A stretch of 64,000 nucleotides of DNA from Eledone cirrhosa (taxonomy: Eukaryota), in NCBI GenBank assembly GCA_964016885.1, contig OZ024741.1, positions 10,540,001-10,604,000 of the forward strand, read 5' to 3'. The stretch's first letter is position 1. The number at the start of each line of letters is the position of its first letter. Of this stretch, positions 48,485 to 62,525 are shown piece by piece. The notes under the pieces are model-generated. The model made no database searches. It saw only the letters and a list, made by a program, of their open reading frames with translations, and was not told the DNA's origin. The translations under genes and the position numbers were made by a program.

Positions 48485-49014
48485 AATGAGTCAAAGTTAA
48501 AGTAAGTTGATTTATCCGAAAACTTGGATATGCTATTGTTACAAAGCAAACTAACAATTTTTTTTATTTGTAGTTGCAGTCTGACTGGACTGGAAACCAT
48601 CTACTACAATTCACTTCCTCATTTGTTGTATATATTTTACCATTTATTAATAAATATACCCTCCCGCGTGGTCATGAAGACCCTCTTCCGTGGTCTCTAA
48701 GCTCACAAAGCAGGGGGTCATAAAGTTTGATATCAACATTTATTCTGTCCGTTTCATTAAAGGGAAAATTGGAAAGCTTTGAAATGATATAATTGCCACT
48801 TTCTTCCAGATAAGCGCACTCTTTGGATAGACAGAGTCTTAACTGCCTGAATATTGTTAAACAATTTTTAGTAATCTACTGATATCAAAATCAGTAGTAT
48901 ATTGAAAAATGGAAAAATAGGGGGGGGGGGGGCGTTTCATGATTTCAAGGGACAAAAGGGGGCGTTTGGCGTTTGGCCTAAATGGGTTGAGAACCTGTGG
49001 TTTAGAATATATGT

Positions 49015-49097
49015 ATGAATGGTTTAGAATATATGAGTCCTCATTAAAAATTGTTCACGCACATAAACACATACATACAGAAAACTACAGATTTATA
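49015..49097 (-). mobile_element. 5' fragment of the non-autonomous Helitron-like family (inverted homologue of 53305-53387)
   Basis: ~83-bp reverse-complement match with few mismatches. Confidence 0.6.
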
Positions 49098-49104
49098 TAT
49101 ATAC

Positions 49105-49209
<105 letters not shown>

Positions 49210-49353
49210 TACTTGGGAGGGTCATGTTGCCAATAAGAAACACACGCACCAGTTGCTTTCACGTCAATTTATTATAATAAATTTATAAATTTAGGAATTT
49301 ATAAATTTCCGGTTGGTTGGTTGGTTCCACAACCAGGTGGTTGTTTATATATT

Positions 49354-49396
49354 GTCAAAGTTCTTTCGTCACACATGCTGTGACCTCTTCAGTGAC
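49354..49396 (-). ncRNA. Minimal type I hammerhead ribozyme in the Penelope pseudo-LTR
   Basis: Minus strand: gtca CTGAAGA g gtcaca-gcatg-tgtgac GAAA g aa c tt tgac. Stem I gtca/tgac, 6-bp stem II, minimal stem III. Confidence 0.72.
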
Positions 49397-49499
49397 TGGG
49401 GATACTTTTCTTTGTTTTTGTGCCTCTCCTTTGTTCTGTCCTACGCCATCTTGTTTCTGTGTGTGTGTTGTGTGCTCAGTCTGCGCATGCGCCACATAG

Positions 49500-49779
49500 A
49501 TGTTTGACAGAAATAGAAATATCATTTACAAAATTACGTTGGAGCCTCAAAAACAAAAACAAAAGTAACAACATACGCACACACATATACAACACACATC
49601 CTAACAACAACAGACACACAGACACAAACAACAATAACAACAACACACACATCAACAATAATAACATACTCAGAAACAACAACAACAGACACGCAGACCC
49701 AAACAACAATAACAACACACAACAATAATAACATACACGGAGAAAACAACAACAACACACATCAACAAGAACACACATC

Positions 49780-49813
<34 letters not shown>

Positions 49814-52513
49814 CACACACATTCAATGCCTCTCACCACCACCACAATCATAAGAAACACACAGACACAGAAAACAGGTAATGGCAGTAGCACAGAAATA
49901 AGGGAAGGTAATAGGATTGAAAGGAGAAGGGAGACTAAGGACAGAGAAAATAACCAAGACGAACACAAAGACACACAAAATAGAGTAGATAATAACAATG
50001 AGCCAGAGGAAAGAGACAGAAGTAATAATGAGAGACATAGAAACAACCATGAGGCTGTTGGTGGAAATAGAAATAGAAACAACACAACTAACAATAATAA
50101 TAGCACTAGTACACATAAAGCAGCAGCCTGGAACTCTACTTTTTATAATCCCTCCGATAAGTCGTTCAACCTGCGACGAGTCCACGCCACGACTTTAGCT
50201 TTTAACAAACGCACGCAATTGCCGTCACAGGTCAATGAACAAACAGAAGCACAATTTAGTATAGCTAGATCTAAACTTAGAAATATTATAGAACAGTATA
50301 GCAAGAAGCATAATAGAATGGAGGCCCAGCAACTGGGAGAAAAATCTGCAAATGGCTTGCGTAAGCTCATGCAACGCTCGCGTAATGGAGAGATAGCATG
50401 CTTTCCAACAGACAAGTCTGGCAGAATGTCGGTTGACAGTCTGCCAAACTACACCCAGGCAATGCAACCCCACATCACTGACACAAGAGAAGTAACACCA
50501 CAAGAGCATGAGGATATAGAAAAAGCCCTCAATGCCCATATGGTGATGTGGACAAATATAATGCAGCCCAACAAAAGGACTGCCAACAACTTCCAGGCCT
50601 GGAACAATGACGTGCCAGCGTTGTATGGGCTTCGAAAAGACCATAAAACGGGCAGTGACCCTGTCACGGGACCACCAACACGGCCAGTCTGTGGAGCTAA
50701 CATTGCTAGTAACTACAGACTGTCCTACTTCCTCTCCCTGATCATAAGCCCCATCATTGAAATGTCCCCAGATGTATGTGACAGCACGGAGGACCTCCTC
50801 AGCAGAATCGGCGAGAGTAACCGATCTAGGGACCTAGCAAACTGCATAATAGGTAGTATGGATGTTGTGTCCCTGTATCCATCTATTGACATGGATTTTG
50901 CTGTGGAGAAATGCGTAGAAATGATCAGTAAGAGCAATGTTGAGTTCTGTGGGATTCATACCAGTGATCTGGGACTCCTACTTAAACTTACCTATAGTAA
51001 TAATTATCTAGACACATATGACCTTAGCAACCTGTGCCCTACAAGACCAGCAAGAGACAGACCACCTACCATTACCTCAATGACCAAGAAAACCCACACA
51101 GATAGATGGAACGGGTGGACCAGAGCCACACGGACCCCCTAAAACCACGATGAACTAAAGAAAATGATTGCACATGCGGTGGGGGCCAGCATAAAATTAA
51201 CCCTTAAGGAACATATGTTCAAATTTAATGGAAAAATATATGCCCAAGAGGAGGGAGCAGCCATTGGTGTTAGCATTGCAGGTGACATAGCTAACTTATT
51301 CATGGTATGGTGGGACAGTAGACTTAAACTTAAACTTAAAGAACAATTAGAAGACCCCTTAACCCTGATAATGTACTCCCGCTACGTTGATGATATAAAC
51401 ATCGTAGTTAAAACACCCCCACTAGAGAACAGTCAGGAATTAGAGAAACACCCAATGGAAAGCATCCAGCAAATAGCTAATTCCATCCACCAGAGTATTA
51501 GAGTTACTATAGACTACCCAAGCAAACACCCAACCATCGATTACCTGTACTAGACACAGAGCTCTGGTTAAATACCATTAATAACAAAAAACAAATCCTC
51601 CATTCCCATTATGCCAAACCCATGACTTCAAAATATCTGATCCACCGAAACTCAGCTGTTTCGGACCATACCCAAATCAACATACTGATTGCGGATTTGG
51701 TACGGGTGATGAGAAACGTGTCCCGCATGTGCAACCCCGAAGAACTAGAGAGACATATACAACACTTCATCCACCGTATGCAGTTCTCTGGTTACAATCA
51801 GAGAGATAAAATCAGAGTGTATAGAGGAGCCAGAACCAAATGGGAAAAAAATGGTAAATAATGACACAAATGGGACCTGCCTCTTGTATAGGAGCAAATT
51901 TTGGAATAGAATAGAAAGAACTAGGAATAAGGCTAATAGAATAAACTCATGGTATGATAGCAATAAATACCAGAGCGTAGTGTTCATCGATACAACCCCT
52001 AGAGGCGAATTAGCTTACAAATTTAGAAGGGCCCTAGATAAACATAAACTCAATATTAAGATAGTAGAAAGACCAGGTACCTCCATAAAAACACTTATTA
52101 GCAAGACATACCCTTTTCAAAGACCCCGCTGTATAGATAAGAAATGTATAACCTGTAAATTAAGCCTCCATATTAACTGTAAAACTAGAAATGTAGTATA
52201 TAGCATAAGATGTACTGAAGGACAATGTAAGGATAAAAATATAGTGTACATAGGTGAGACAGTTCGTAGTGTAGGGGAACGGATAAATGAACACTGGCGA
52301 GACCTTCAATATAGTAAAGAATCATCTGTATTCTACCAACATGCTAAAATAGAACATAAGAGTAAATTAGAGAACATAGAAATAAAAATAGAATGTACAC
52401 ACAGAAAAGACGCAATGTTTAGACAAATCACAGAGGCAATAAACATAAAAGAATTACAACCAAAATTAAATAGAAAACATGAGTGGAACAGCAACATCAC
52501 AACTTACAATTAA
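49500..52513 (+). pseudogene. Penelope RT-GIY-YIG polyprotein, disrupted (in-frame TAA 51,140; frameshifts ~51,530 and ~51,850; AAC microsatellite region near N-terminus)
   Basis: TDKSG, RPVCGA, GSMDVVSLYPSI, QEEGAAIG..IANLFM, RYVDDI, RLPVLDT (shifted frame), Cx4Cx2C linker and NVVYSIRC..VYIGET.RS..ERINEH. Confidence 0.92.
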
Positions 52514-52642
52514 GGACAAAATGAAAACATACACGCACATAGAACAAACAACCAACCAGTAACATGTAAATAAACAAATAAATAAACCAATATAAACACA
52601 CACAGACACCCGGATGTGGCGCATGCGCAGACTGAGCACAAA

Positions 52643-53199
52643 TCATCAGTGATTTGCCAACGATCATTGGTATTTCATCGCATTAAAAATCATATACCTC
52701 ACGCTGGTGCGACAATAACTAAAATAAGCTATTAGGACAATTGAAACGCGTAAAGCGAGTGAGAGAAGTAAACAACACAGGGGAAAGCTAACCGAAGATG
52801 GAAAGAAACACAAGCAACATGGTTATTCTGTCAGCATAAGCTCTGTGAATATATGAGCGAGTAAAAAATAGACCTTTCGTTAGTGAATCCGATGTTAGAA
52901 AGAAGGAAATTCGGGTTCGTATCGAACGGGAGGAAGTAAGAAGGGGAGAAACAGAGAGTGAGTGAGTGGAAGTGCGAGGAAGAGGTCAGTAGAGAGAAGG
53001 TGTTAACTGACATGACAGAGGGGACGAAAGAAAGTAAGAGAAACAGAGAGAACGAGGGAGCAGTAAGAGAGAAAGAGAGAAACATAGAATCGCAGTTTAG
53101 GTAAATATATGAAAATTATGGGGAGAAGAATACTGCATGGTTGCACATGGATTACATGTTATAAAATGAGTCCCTCATCAGTGATTTGCCAACGATCAT
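52643..53199. mobile_element. ~557-bp insert bounded by a perfect 25-bp direct repeat
   Basis: tcatcagtgatttgccaacgatcat at 52643-52667 and 53175-53199, with a purine-rich interior. Family not identified. Confidence 0.55.
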
Positions 53200-53210
53200 A
53201 TATATATATA

Positions 53211-53304
<94 letters not shown>

Positions 53305-53308
<4 letters not shown>

Positions 53309-53891
53309 AATCTGTAGTTTTCTGTATGTATGTGTTTATGTGCGTGGACAATTTTTAATGAGGCCTAATACATTCTAAACCATTCATGCGATTTCTTTGA
53401 AATTTTTTACAGAATTCTCCTTGCACAAATCCTGTACATGATCTACAAAGGCTTTCAAAAATCGATATTGGGACATTTGGAGACATTAAAAAAGTTTCGT
53501 TTATTTGTGTGAATTTTCGTAATCAAAAGTTATCTTTCGTAATTCGGCTCATTCGGATTTTAATTTACTCATTGTACTTGAAAGAAAGAGACTAACAATA
53601 TCATTTTGTATATTTCACAACCAGCAATTTCTAACATATTACTAAGTTAAGTTATAGATTTGACATTGTATAATTTAGCGTTTCAAGCTTGATGTTCATA
53701 TTAATTGATCTCATAACTTTTACGATATTATGCTTAAATTTATCTAAAATTCTTTCGCTGGAATAGTGCCTAAGGTTTTCATGTTTACATAAACTACGTT
53801 TTTCTTCTATGTATTCAAATTTACTTTGTTTAGTTTAATGAGTTACATCGAAAGCTACTTGGACCGTCCAAAGGACCGGTAGTTTAACTAG
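53305..53891 (+). mobile_element. Non-autonomous Helitron-like element
   Basis: 3' hairpin accgtcc-aaa-ggaccggt (53863-53880) lies 7 nt before CTAG|T (53888-53891). The 5' tataaatctgtag region is shared with 49015-49097. The exact 5' TC is obscured by microsatellite. Confidence 0.7.
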
Positions 53892-53992
53892 TATATATAT
53901 ATATAACGAAGGAATTGTGGTAAGGAACCAGATGGACCATAACGCATCAAAGTACTCAATACTTAGGGTAGTAGAGTGGGTAATAGGAACAA

Positions 53993-54083
53993 GTATGACC
54001 CGACGGCAGAGCTCAAGCTGTTTCAACGGCTATTTCCAGAAATAGCAGTCGAAACGGCTTGAGCTCTGTCGTCGGGGTCATAC
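53993..54083. repeat. 91-bp near-perfect fold-back palindrome
   Basis: gtatgacccgacggcagagctcaagctgtttcaacggctattt pairs with aaatagcagtcgaaacggcttgagctctgtcgtcggggtcatac, with 4 mismatches and 1 bulge. Confidence 0.88.
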
Positions 54084-54089
54084 ATGTTC

Positions 54090-54129
<40 letters not shown>

Positions 54130-54135
<6 letters not shown>

Positions 54136-54286
54136 CTACATACATATATACATATATAGTCAAGTACACACACATGTAAACACAGTTAAAGTGTACGTGT
54201 CTTTCTATATATATATATATGTGCACATAGTCCTACATATAGCCACAACAAAGCACACATGTAAACAGGTAAAGTGTACGTGTGTT

Positions 54287-54326
<40 letters not shown>

Positions 54327-54393
54327 AGTACACATACTCCTACATATATCCACAACAAAGCACACATGTAAACAGGTAACGTGTACGTGTGTT

Positions 54394-54451
<58 letters not shown>

Positions 54452-54520
54452 TACACATAGTCCTACATATAGCCACAACAAAGCACACATGTAAACAGGT
54501 AAAGTGTACGTGTGTTTCTA
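54130..54520. repeat. Tandem ~100-120-bp unit (3-4 copies) with internal TA/TG microsatellite
   Basis: tagtcctacatatagccacaacaaagcacacatgtaaacaggtaaagtgtacgtgtgttt repeated. Confidence 0.85.
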
Positions 54521-54525
54521 CACAC

Positions 54526-54562
54526 TTAACAACGTGTTAATAAACTCCACAGCAAGTAACCT
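54526..54562 (-). CDS. Possible 37-bp host exon (RLLAVEFINTLL)
   Basis: Pyrimidine-rich tract with ttctag| acceptor and a weak A|gtgtgt donor. Ends in phase 1, compatible with the 35859-35929 exon. Confidence 0.25.
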
Positions 54563-54624
54563 CTAGAATATGTTGGAGTGGGAGTACAGAGAGAAAGTGG
54601 GAGAGATGGGGGAGTTGGGTTAGG

Positions 54625-54985
54625 AGATGGTGTTGACTGGATAGCTGTGTGGGGGAGACTAGGGTGAAGGGTGTATGTGTGGGCGGGTCGACTGGCTGGC
54701 TGTGGGGGGGTGTATAGGGCACTAGGGTGAGGGGGTGTCGGCTGGATGGCTGTGTGGGTAGACTAGGGTGGGAGGAGGGGGTTCGACTGGATGGGGAGGG
54801 GTATAGAGGACTAGGGTGTAGGGGTGGGGGTCAACTGGATGGGGAGGCGTGTAGGGGACTACGATGGGTGTGTGTGTGGGGGGCGGGGGTTCAACTGGAT
54901 GGGAGGGGTATAGGGAACTAGGGTGAAGGGGTGTTGATTGGTTGGCTGTGTGTGTAGGGGATGTGTGGGGGAGGTGTAGGGAGAC
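54625..54985. repeat. Degenerate G-rich minisatellite (ggactagggtg..cgactggatgggg)
   Basis: Read directly. Confidence 0.75.
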
Positions 54986-55180
54986 GGTGTGTGGTTTGCC
55001 AGAATAGCTCCTAATTCTTACATATGTTACTGTGAATACCTGTGAATATCTATGTAACTATATGTATATATGTATATGTAACTATATATATGTATATATG
55101 CATCTATGTATGTTTGTTTGTATGTATGTACATATGTATGTATATATGTATGTATGTATATACGTATGTATATATGTATG

Positions 55181-55331
55181 TTCTTCTGATTTTACAATTT
55201 CACAAAGTTTTGCCAATACAGAGAGAGTGGGTTTCTAACAGAGACACAAGACCCTCTCATTGGAATTTACACATCAACTAGGTAGACATGTATGTATGCA
55301 TGTGTAGATATGGATGTTATTGTATGTGTGG
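55181..55331 (-). mobile_element. 3' UTR fragment of R4/Dong-clade copy 4 with (CATA)n-type tail
   Basis: Reverse complement of the shared 3' UTR. It ends at ttcttctg next to the (tatg)n tract at 55105-55180. Confidence 0.85.
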
Positions 55332-55332
55332 T

Positions 55333-58300
55333 TATCTACTGAGTTACATACACACATCTTCTGGGTTACATACACACATCTACTGAGTTACATATACACA
55401 TATCTACTGAGTTACATATACACACATCTACTGAGTTACATACACACATCTACTGAGTTACATACACACATTTACTGAGTTGCATACACATACATCTTCT
55501 GGGTTACATACACACATCTACTGAGTTACATACACACACATCTACTGAGTTACATATGCACACATCTACTGTGTTACATACACACACATCTACTGAGTTA
55601 CATATGCACACATCTACTGGGTTACATACACACACATCTACTGAGTTACATACACACATCTACTGGGTTACATACACACACATCTACTGAGTTACATACA
55701 GACACATCTACTGAGTTACATAAAAACACACATCTACTGAGCTACATACACACACATTTACTGAGTTACATACACACACATCTACTGAGTTACATACACA
55801 CATCTACTGCGTTACATACACACCCATCTACTGAGTTACATATGCACACATCTACTGTGTTACATACACACATATCTACTGAGTTACATACACACATCTA
55901 CTGAGTTACATACACACACATCTACTGAATTACATACACACATCTACTGAGTTACATACACACACGTCTACTGAGTTACATACACACATCTACTGAGTTA
56001 CATACACACACATCTACTGAGTTACATACACACATCTACTGAGTTACATACACACACATCTACTGAGTTACATACACACACGTCTACTGAGTTACATACA
56101 CATATCTACTGAGTTACATACACAGACATCTACCGAGTTACATACACACACATCTACTGAGTTACATACACACATCTACTGAGTTACATACACACACGTC
56201 TACTGAGATACATACACACATACATCTACTGATTTACATACACACATCTACTGAGCTACATACACACACATCTACTGAATTACATACACACATATCTACT
56301 GAGTTACATGTATACACATCTACTGAGTTACATACACACACATCTACTGAGTTACATACACACATATACATAGTTACATACACACATCTACTGAGTTACA
56401 TACACACATTTACTGACTTACATACACACATCTACTGTGTTACATAAACACACATCTACTGAGTTACATACACACATCTACTGAGTTACATACACACATC
56501 TACTGAGTTACATAGACCGATCTACTGAGTTACATACACACATCTACTGAGATACATAGACACATTTACTGAGTTACATACACACACATCTACTGTGTTA
56601 CATATACACATACATCTACTAAGTTACATATACATACATCTACTGTGTTACATACACACATCTACTGAGTTACATACCCACACATCTATTGAGTTAACAT
56701 ATACACACATCTAATTTGTTATATAAAACACATCTCCTGAATTACATACACACATCTACTGAGTTACATACACACATCTACTGAGTTACATACACACATC
56801 TACTGAGTTACATACACACACATCTACTGAGTTACATACACACATCTACTGAGTTACATACACACATCTACTGAGTTACATACACACACATCTACTGAGT
56901 TACATACACACACATCTACTGAGTTACATACACACACATCTACTGAGTCACATACACACACATCTACTGAGTTACATACACACACATCTACTGAGTTACA
57001 TACACACACATCTACTGAGTTACATATACACACATCTACTGAGTTACATACAAACACATCTACTGAATTACTTACACACACATCTACTGAGTTACATACA
57101 CACACATCTACTGACATACATACACACACATCTACTGAGTTACATATATACATCGACTGAGTTACATACACACATTTCTACTGAGTTACATATACGCGCA
57201 TCTACTTTGTTACATACACACATATCTAGTGAGTTACATACACACATCTATTGAGTTACATACACACATCTACTGAGTTACATACACACACATCTACTGA
57301 GTTACATACACACACGTCTACTGAGATACATACACACATATATACTGAGTTACATACACATATCTACTGAGTTACATACACACACATCTACTGAGTTACA
57401 TACACACACATCTACTGAGTTACATACACACATATCTACTGAGTGACATATACACACATCTACTGAGTTACATACACACACATCTACTGAGTTACATACA
57501 TACATCTACTGTGTTACATACACACATATATACTGAGTTACATACACACATCTACTGAGTTATATACACATGTCTACTGAGTTACATACACACACATCTA
57601 CTGAGTTACATACACACATCTACTGAGTTTACATACACACACATCTACTGAGTTACATCACACACATCTACTGAGTTACATACATACACATCTACTGAGT
57701 TACATACACACATATATACTGAGTTACATACACATATCTACTGAGTTACATACACACACATCTACTGAGTTACATACACACACATCTACTGAGTTACATA
57801 CACACATATCTACTGAGTGACATATACACACATCTACTGAGTTACATACACACACATCTACTGAGTTACATACATACATCTACTGTGTTACATACACACA
57901 TATATACTGAGTTACATACACACATCTACTGAGTTATATACACATGTCTACTGAGTTACATACACACACATCTACTGAGTTACATACACACATCTACTGA
58001 GTTTACATACACACACATCTACTGAGTTACATACACACACATCTACTGAGTTACATACATACACATCTACTGAGTTACATACACACACATTTACTGAGTT
58101 ACATACACACATCTACTGTGTTACATACACACATATATACTGAGTTACATATACACACATATACTGAGTTACATACACACACCTACTGAGATGCATACAC
58201 ACACATCTACTGAGTTACATACACACATATCTACTGAGTTATATACACACATATACTGAGTTACATACACACACATCTACTGAGTTACATACACACACAT

Positions 58301-61300
58301 CTACTGAGTTACATATATACATCGACTGAGTTACATACACACATTTCTACTGAGTTACATATACACACATCTACTTTGTTACATACACACATATCTAGTG
58401 AGTTACATACACACATCTATTGAGTTACATACACACATCTACTGAGTTACATACACACACATCTACTGAGTTACATACACACACGTCTACTGAGATAAAT
58501 ACACACATCTACTGAGTTACATACACACATCTACTGTGTTACATACACACATCTACTCCGTTGCATATACACATATCTACTGAGTTACATACAACCATCT
58601 ACTGAGTTACATACACACATCTACTGAGTTACATACACACATCTACTAAGTTACATACACACACATCTACTGAGTTACATATAGACACATCTACTGACTT
58701 ACATACACACATATCAACTGAGTTACATACACACATATCTACTGTGTTACATACACATATCTACTGAGTTACATACACACATATATACTGAATTACATAC
58801 ACACACAATATACTAAGTTACATACACACATCTACTGAGTTACATACACATATCTACTGAGTTATATACACACACATCTATTGAGGTACATACACACACA
58901 TCTACTGAGTTACATACACACACATCTACTGAGATACATAAACACACATCTACTGAGTTACATGCACATTTATATACTAAGTTACATACACACATCTACT
59001 GAGTTACATACACACATCTCCTGAGTTACATACAGACATATCTACTGAATTACATATACACACATCTACTCAGTTACAAACACACATATCTACTGAGTTA
59101 CACACTCACACATCTACTGAGTTACATACGCACATCTACTATGTTACATAAACCCATATATACTGAGTTACATATACACACATCTACTGAGTTACATACA
59201 CGTATCTACTGAGTTACATACACACACATCTCCTGAGTTACATACTCACAACTACTGAGTTACATACACACACATCCACTGAGTTACATACACACATCTA
59301 CTGAGTTACATACACACCTATAATGAGTTACATACACACAGATACTTAGTTACATACACACAGATCTACTGAGTTACATACACACATCTACTGAGTTACA
59401 TACACACACGTCTACTGAGTTACATACACACACATCTACAGAGTTACATATACGCAACAACTGAGTTACATACACACACTACTGAGTTCCATACACACAT
59501 ATATACTAAGTTACATACACACAGAAATACTGAGTTAAATATTTGCACAAAAACTGAGTTACGTACACACATATCTACTGAGTTACATACACACATATCT
59601 ACTGAGTAACATATACACACATATACTTAGTTACATACACACATCTACTGAGTTACATACACACATATCTACTGAGTTACATACACACATCTACTGAGTT
59701 ATATACACATGTCTACTGAGTTAGATACACACACATCTACTGAGTTACATACACACATCTACTGAGTTTACATACACACACATCTACTGAGTTACATACA
59801 CACACATCTACTGAGTTACATACATACACATCTACTGAGTTACATACACATACATCTACTGAGTTACATACATACATCTACTGTGTTACATACACACATA
59901 TATACTGAATTACATATACACACATCTACTGAGTTACATACACACATCTACGCAGTTACATACACACACATCTACCGAGTTACATACACAGATTCACTGA
60001 GTTACATACACACAGATCTACTGAGTTACATATAAACAACAACTGAGTTACATACACACAACTACTGAGTTACATAAACACACGTACTGAATTCCATACA
60101 CACACAACTACTAAGTTACATACACACACATCTACTGTGTTACATTCACAAACTTCTACTGAGTTACATACACAGACAACTACTGTGTTCCATATGAACA
60201 ACAACTGAGTTACATACACGCATCTACTGACTTACATGCGCACATATCTACTGAGTTACATATACACATATATACTTAGTTACATACACACATCTACTGT
60301 GTTACATACACACATATCTAATGAGTTACATACACACATCTATTGAGTTACATACACACACATCTACTGAGATACATACACACATATATACTGAGTTACA
60401 TACCCATATCTACTGAGTTACATACACTCATCTACTGAGTTACATACCCACACATCTACTGAGTTATATACACACACATCTAGTGAGTTAACATATACAC
60501 ACATCTACTTTGTTATATAAACACACATCTACTGAGTTACTTTCACGTATCTACTGAGTTACATACACACATATATTGAGTTACATACACACAGCTACTT
60601 CGTTAAATACACACAGGTCTACTGAGTTACATACACACATCTACTGAGTTACATACACACATATCTACTGAGTTACATACACACACAATATACTGAGTTA
60701 CATACACATATCTACTGAGTTACATATACATATCTACTGAGTTATATACACACACATCTATTGAGTTACATATACACACATCTACTGAGTTACATACACA
60801 CACATCTACTGAGTTACATACACACATCTACTGAGTTACATACACACATATCTACTAAATTACATATACACACATCTACTCAGTTACAAACACACATATC
60901 TACTGAGTTACACATACACACATCTACTGAGTTACATACACACGTCTACTATGTTCCATACACCCATATATACTGAGTTACATATACACACATCTACTGA
61001 GTTACATACACATATCTACTGAGTTACATACATACACATCTCCTGAGTTATAGACTCACAACTACTGAGTTACATACACACATCTACTGAGTTACATACA
61101 CACATCTACTGATTTACATAGATACACATCCACTGAGTTACATACACACATCAACTGAGTTACATACACACCTCTAATGAGTTACATACACACACATCTA
61201 CTGAGTTACATATACACACATCTACTGTGTTACATACACATATATCTACTGAGTAACATACACACATCTACTGATTTCCTTACCCCGATCTATTGAGTTA

Positions 61301-62500
61301 CATACACACATATACTGAGTTACATACACACACGTCTACTGAGTTACATACACACACATCTACTGAGTTACATACACACATCTACTGAGTTACATACACA
61401 CACGTCTACTGAGTTACATACACACACATCTACTGAGTTACATATACACAACAACTGAGTTACATACACACAACTACTGAGTTACATACACACATTACTG
61501 AGTTCCATACACACATATATACTAAGTTACATACACACACAAATACTGAGTTACATGTGCACAACAACTGAGTTACGTAAACACATATCTACTGAGTTAC
61601 ATACGCACATCTACTGAGTTACATACAGACACATCTACTGAGTTACATATACACACATCTACTGAGTTACATACCCACACATCTAGTGAGTTAACATATA
61701 CACACATCTACTGAGTTACATATACACATCTACTGAGTTACATACACACATCTACTGAGTTACATACACACATATCTACTGATTTACAAACACACACATC
61801 TACTGAGTTACATACACACACACATATACTGAGATACATACACATACATCTACAGAGTTACATACAAACATTTAATGAGTTACATACACACACATCTACT
61901 GAGTTACATATACACACATCTACTGTGTTACATACACATATATCTACTGAGTAACATACACACATCTACTGAGTTACTTACACGCATCTACTGAGTTACA
62001 TACACACATATACTGAGTTACATACACACAGCTACTTCGTTACATACACACAGATCTACTGAGTTACATACACACATCTACTGAGCTACATACACACATC
62101 TACTGAGTTACATACACACAACTACTTAGTTACATACACACATCTACAGAGTTACATACACACAACTACTTAGTTACATACACACAACTACTGAGTTACA
62201 TACACACAACTACTTAGTTACATACACACATCTACAGAGTTACATACACACACATCTACTACGTTACTTACACACACATCTACTGAGTTACGTACACACA
62301 CATCTACTAAGATACATACACACACATCTACACAGTTACATACATATATCTAATGTGTTACAGACACACTTTTCTACTGAGTTACATATACACACATCTA
62401 CTGTGTTACATACACACATATCTAGTGAGTTACATACACACTCATCTACTGAGTTACATATACACAGCTACTGTGTTACATACATACATCTACTGAGTTC
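55333..62500. repeat. Satellite, 22-24-bp unit tctactgagttacatacacaca(ca)
   Basis: Roughly 300 tandem copies read directly, with local higher-order duplications. Confidence 0.97.
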
Positions 62501-62525
62501 CGTGATTTAAAAATTTTAGGAGAAA

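Larger units (their letters stand above)
46481..48999 (+). mobile_element. hAT DNA transposon, Buster/Charlie type, defective
   Basis: TIRs caaaggttctcaac / gttgagaacctgtg (13/14 match). Perfect 8-bp TSD gtttagaa (46473-46480 and 49000-49007) with central TA. Subterminal ggggcg motifs. Confidence 0.93.

Noticed and set aside
51140-51142. Selenocysteine read-through in the Naiad-like ORF
   Set aside because: The in-frame stop is TAA, not TGA, and additional frameshifts show ordinary decay.
52643-52700. Third hammerhead ribozyme (CTGATGA and GAAA nearby on the minus strand)
   Set aside because: Stems I/II and the cleavage triplet could not be assembled in a valid topology.
55022-55048. Possible micro-exon on the minus strand (cacag|..|gtaaga)
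   Set aside because: Too short, and the acceptor lies in a small tandem duplication; it cannot be distinguished from chance.
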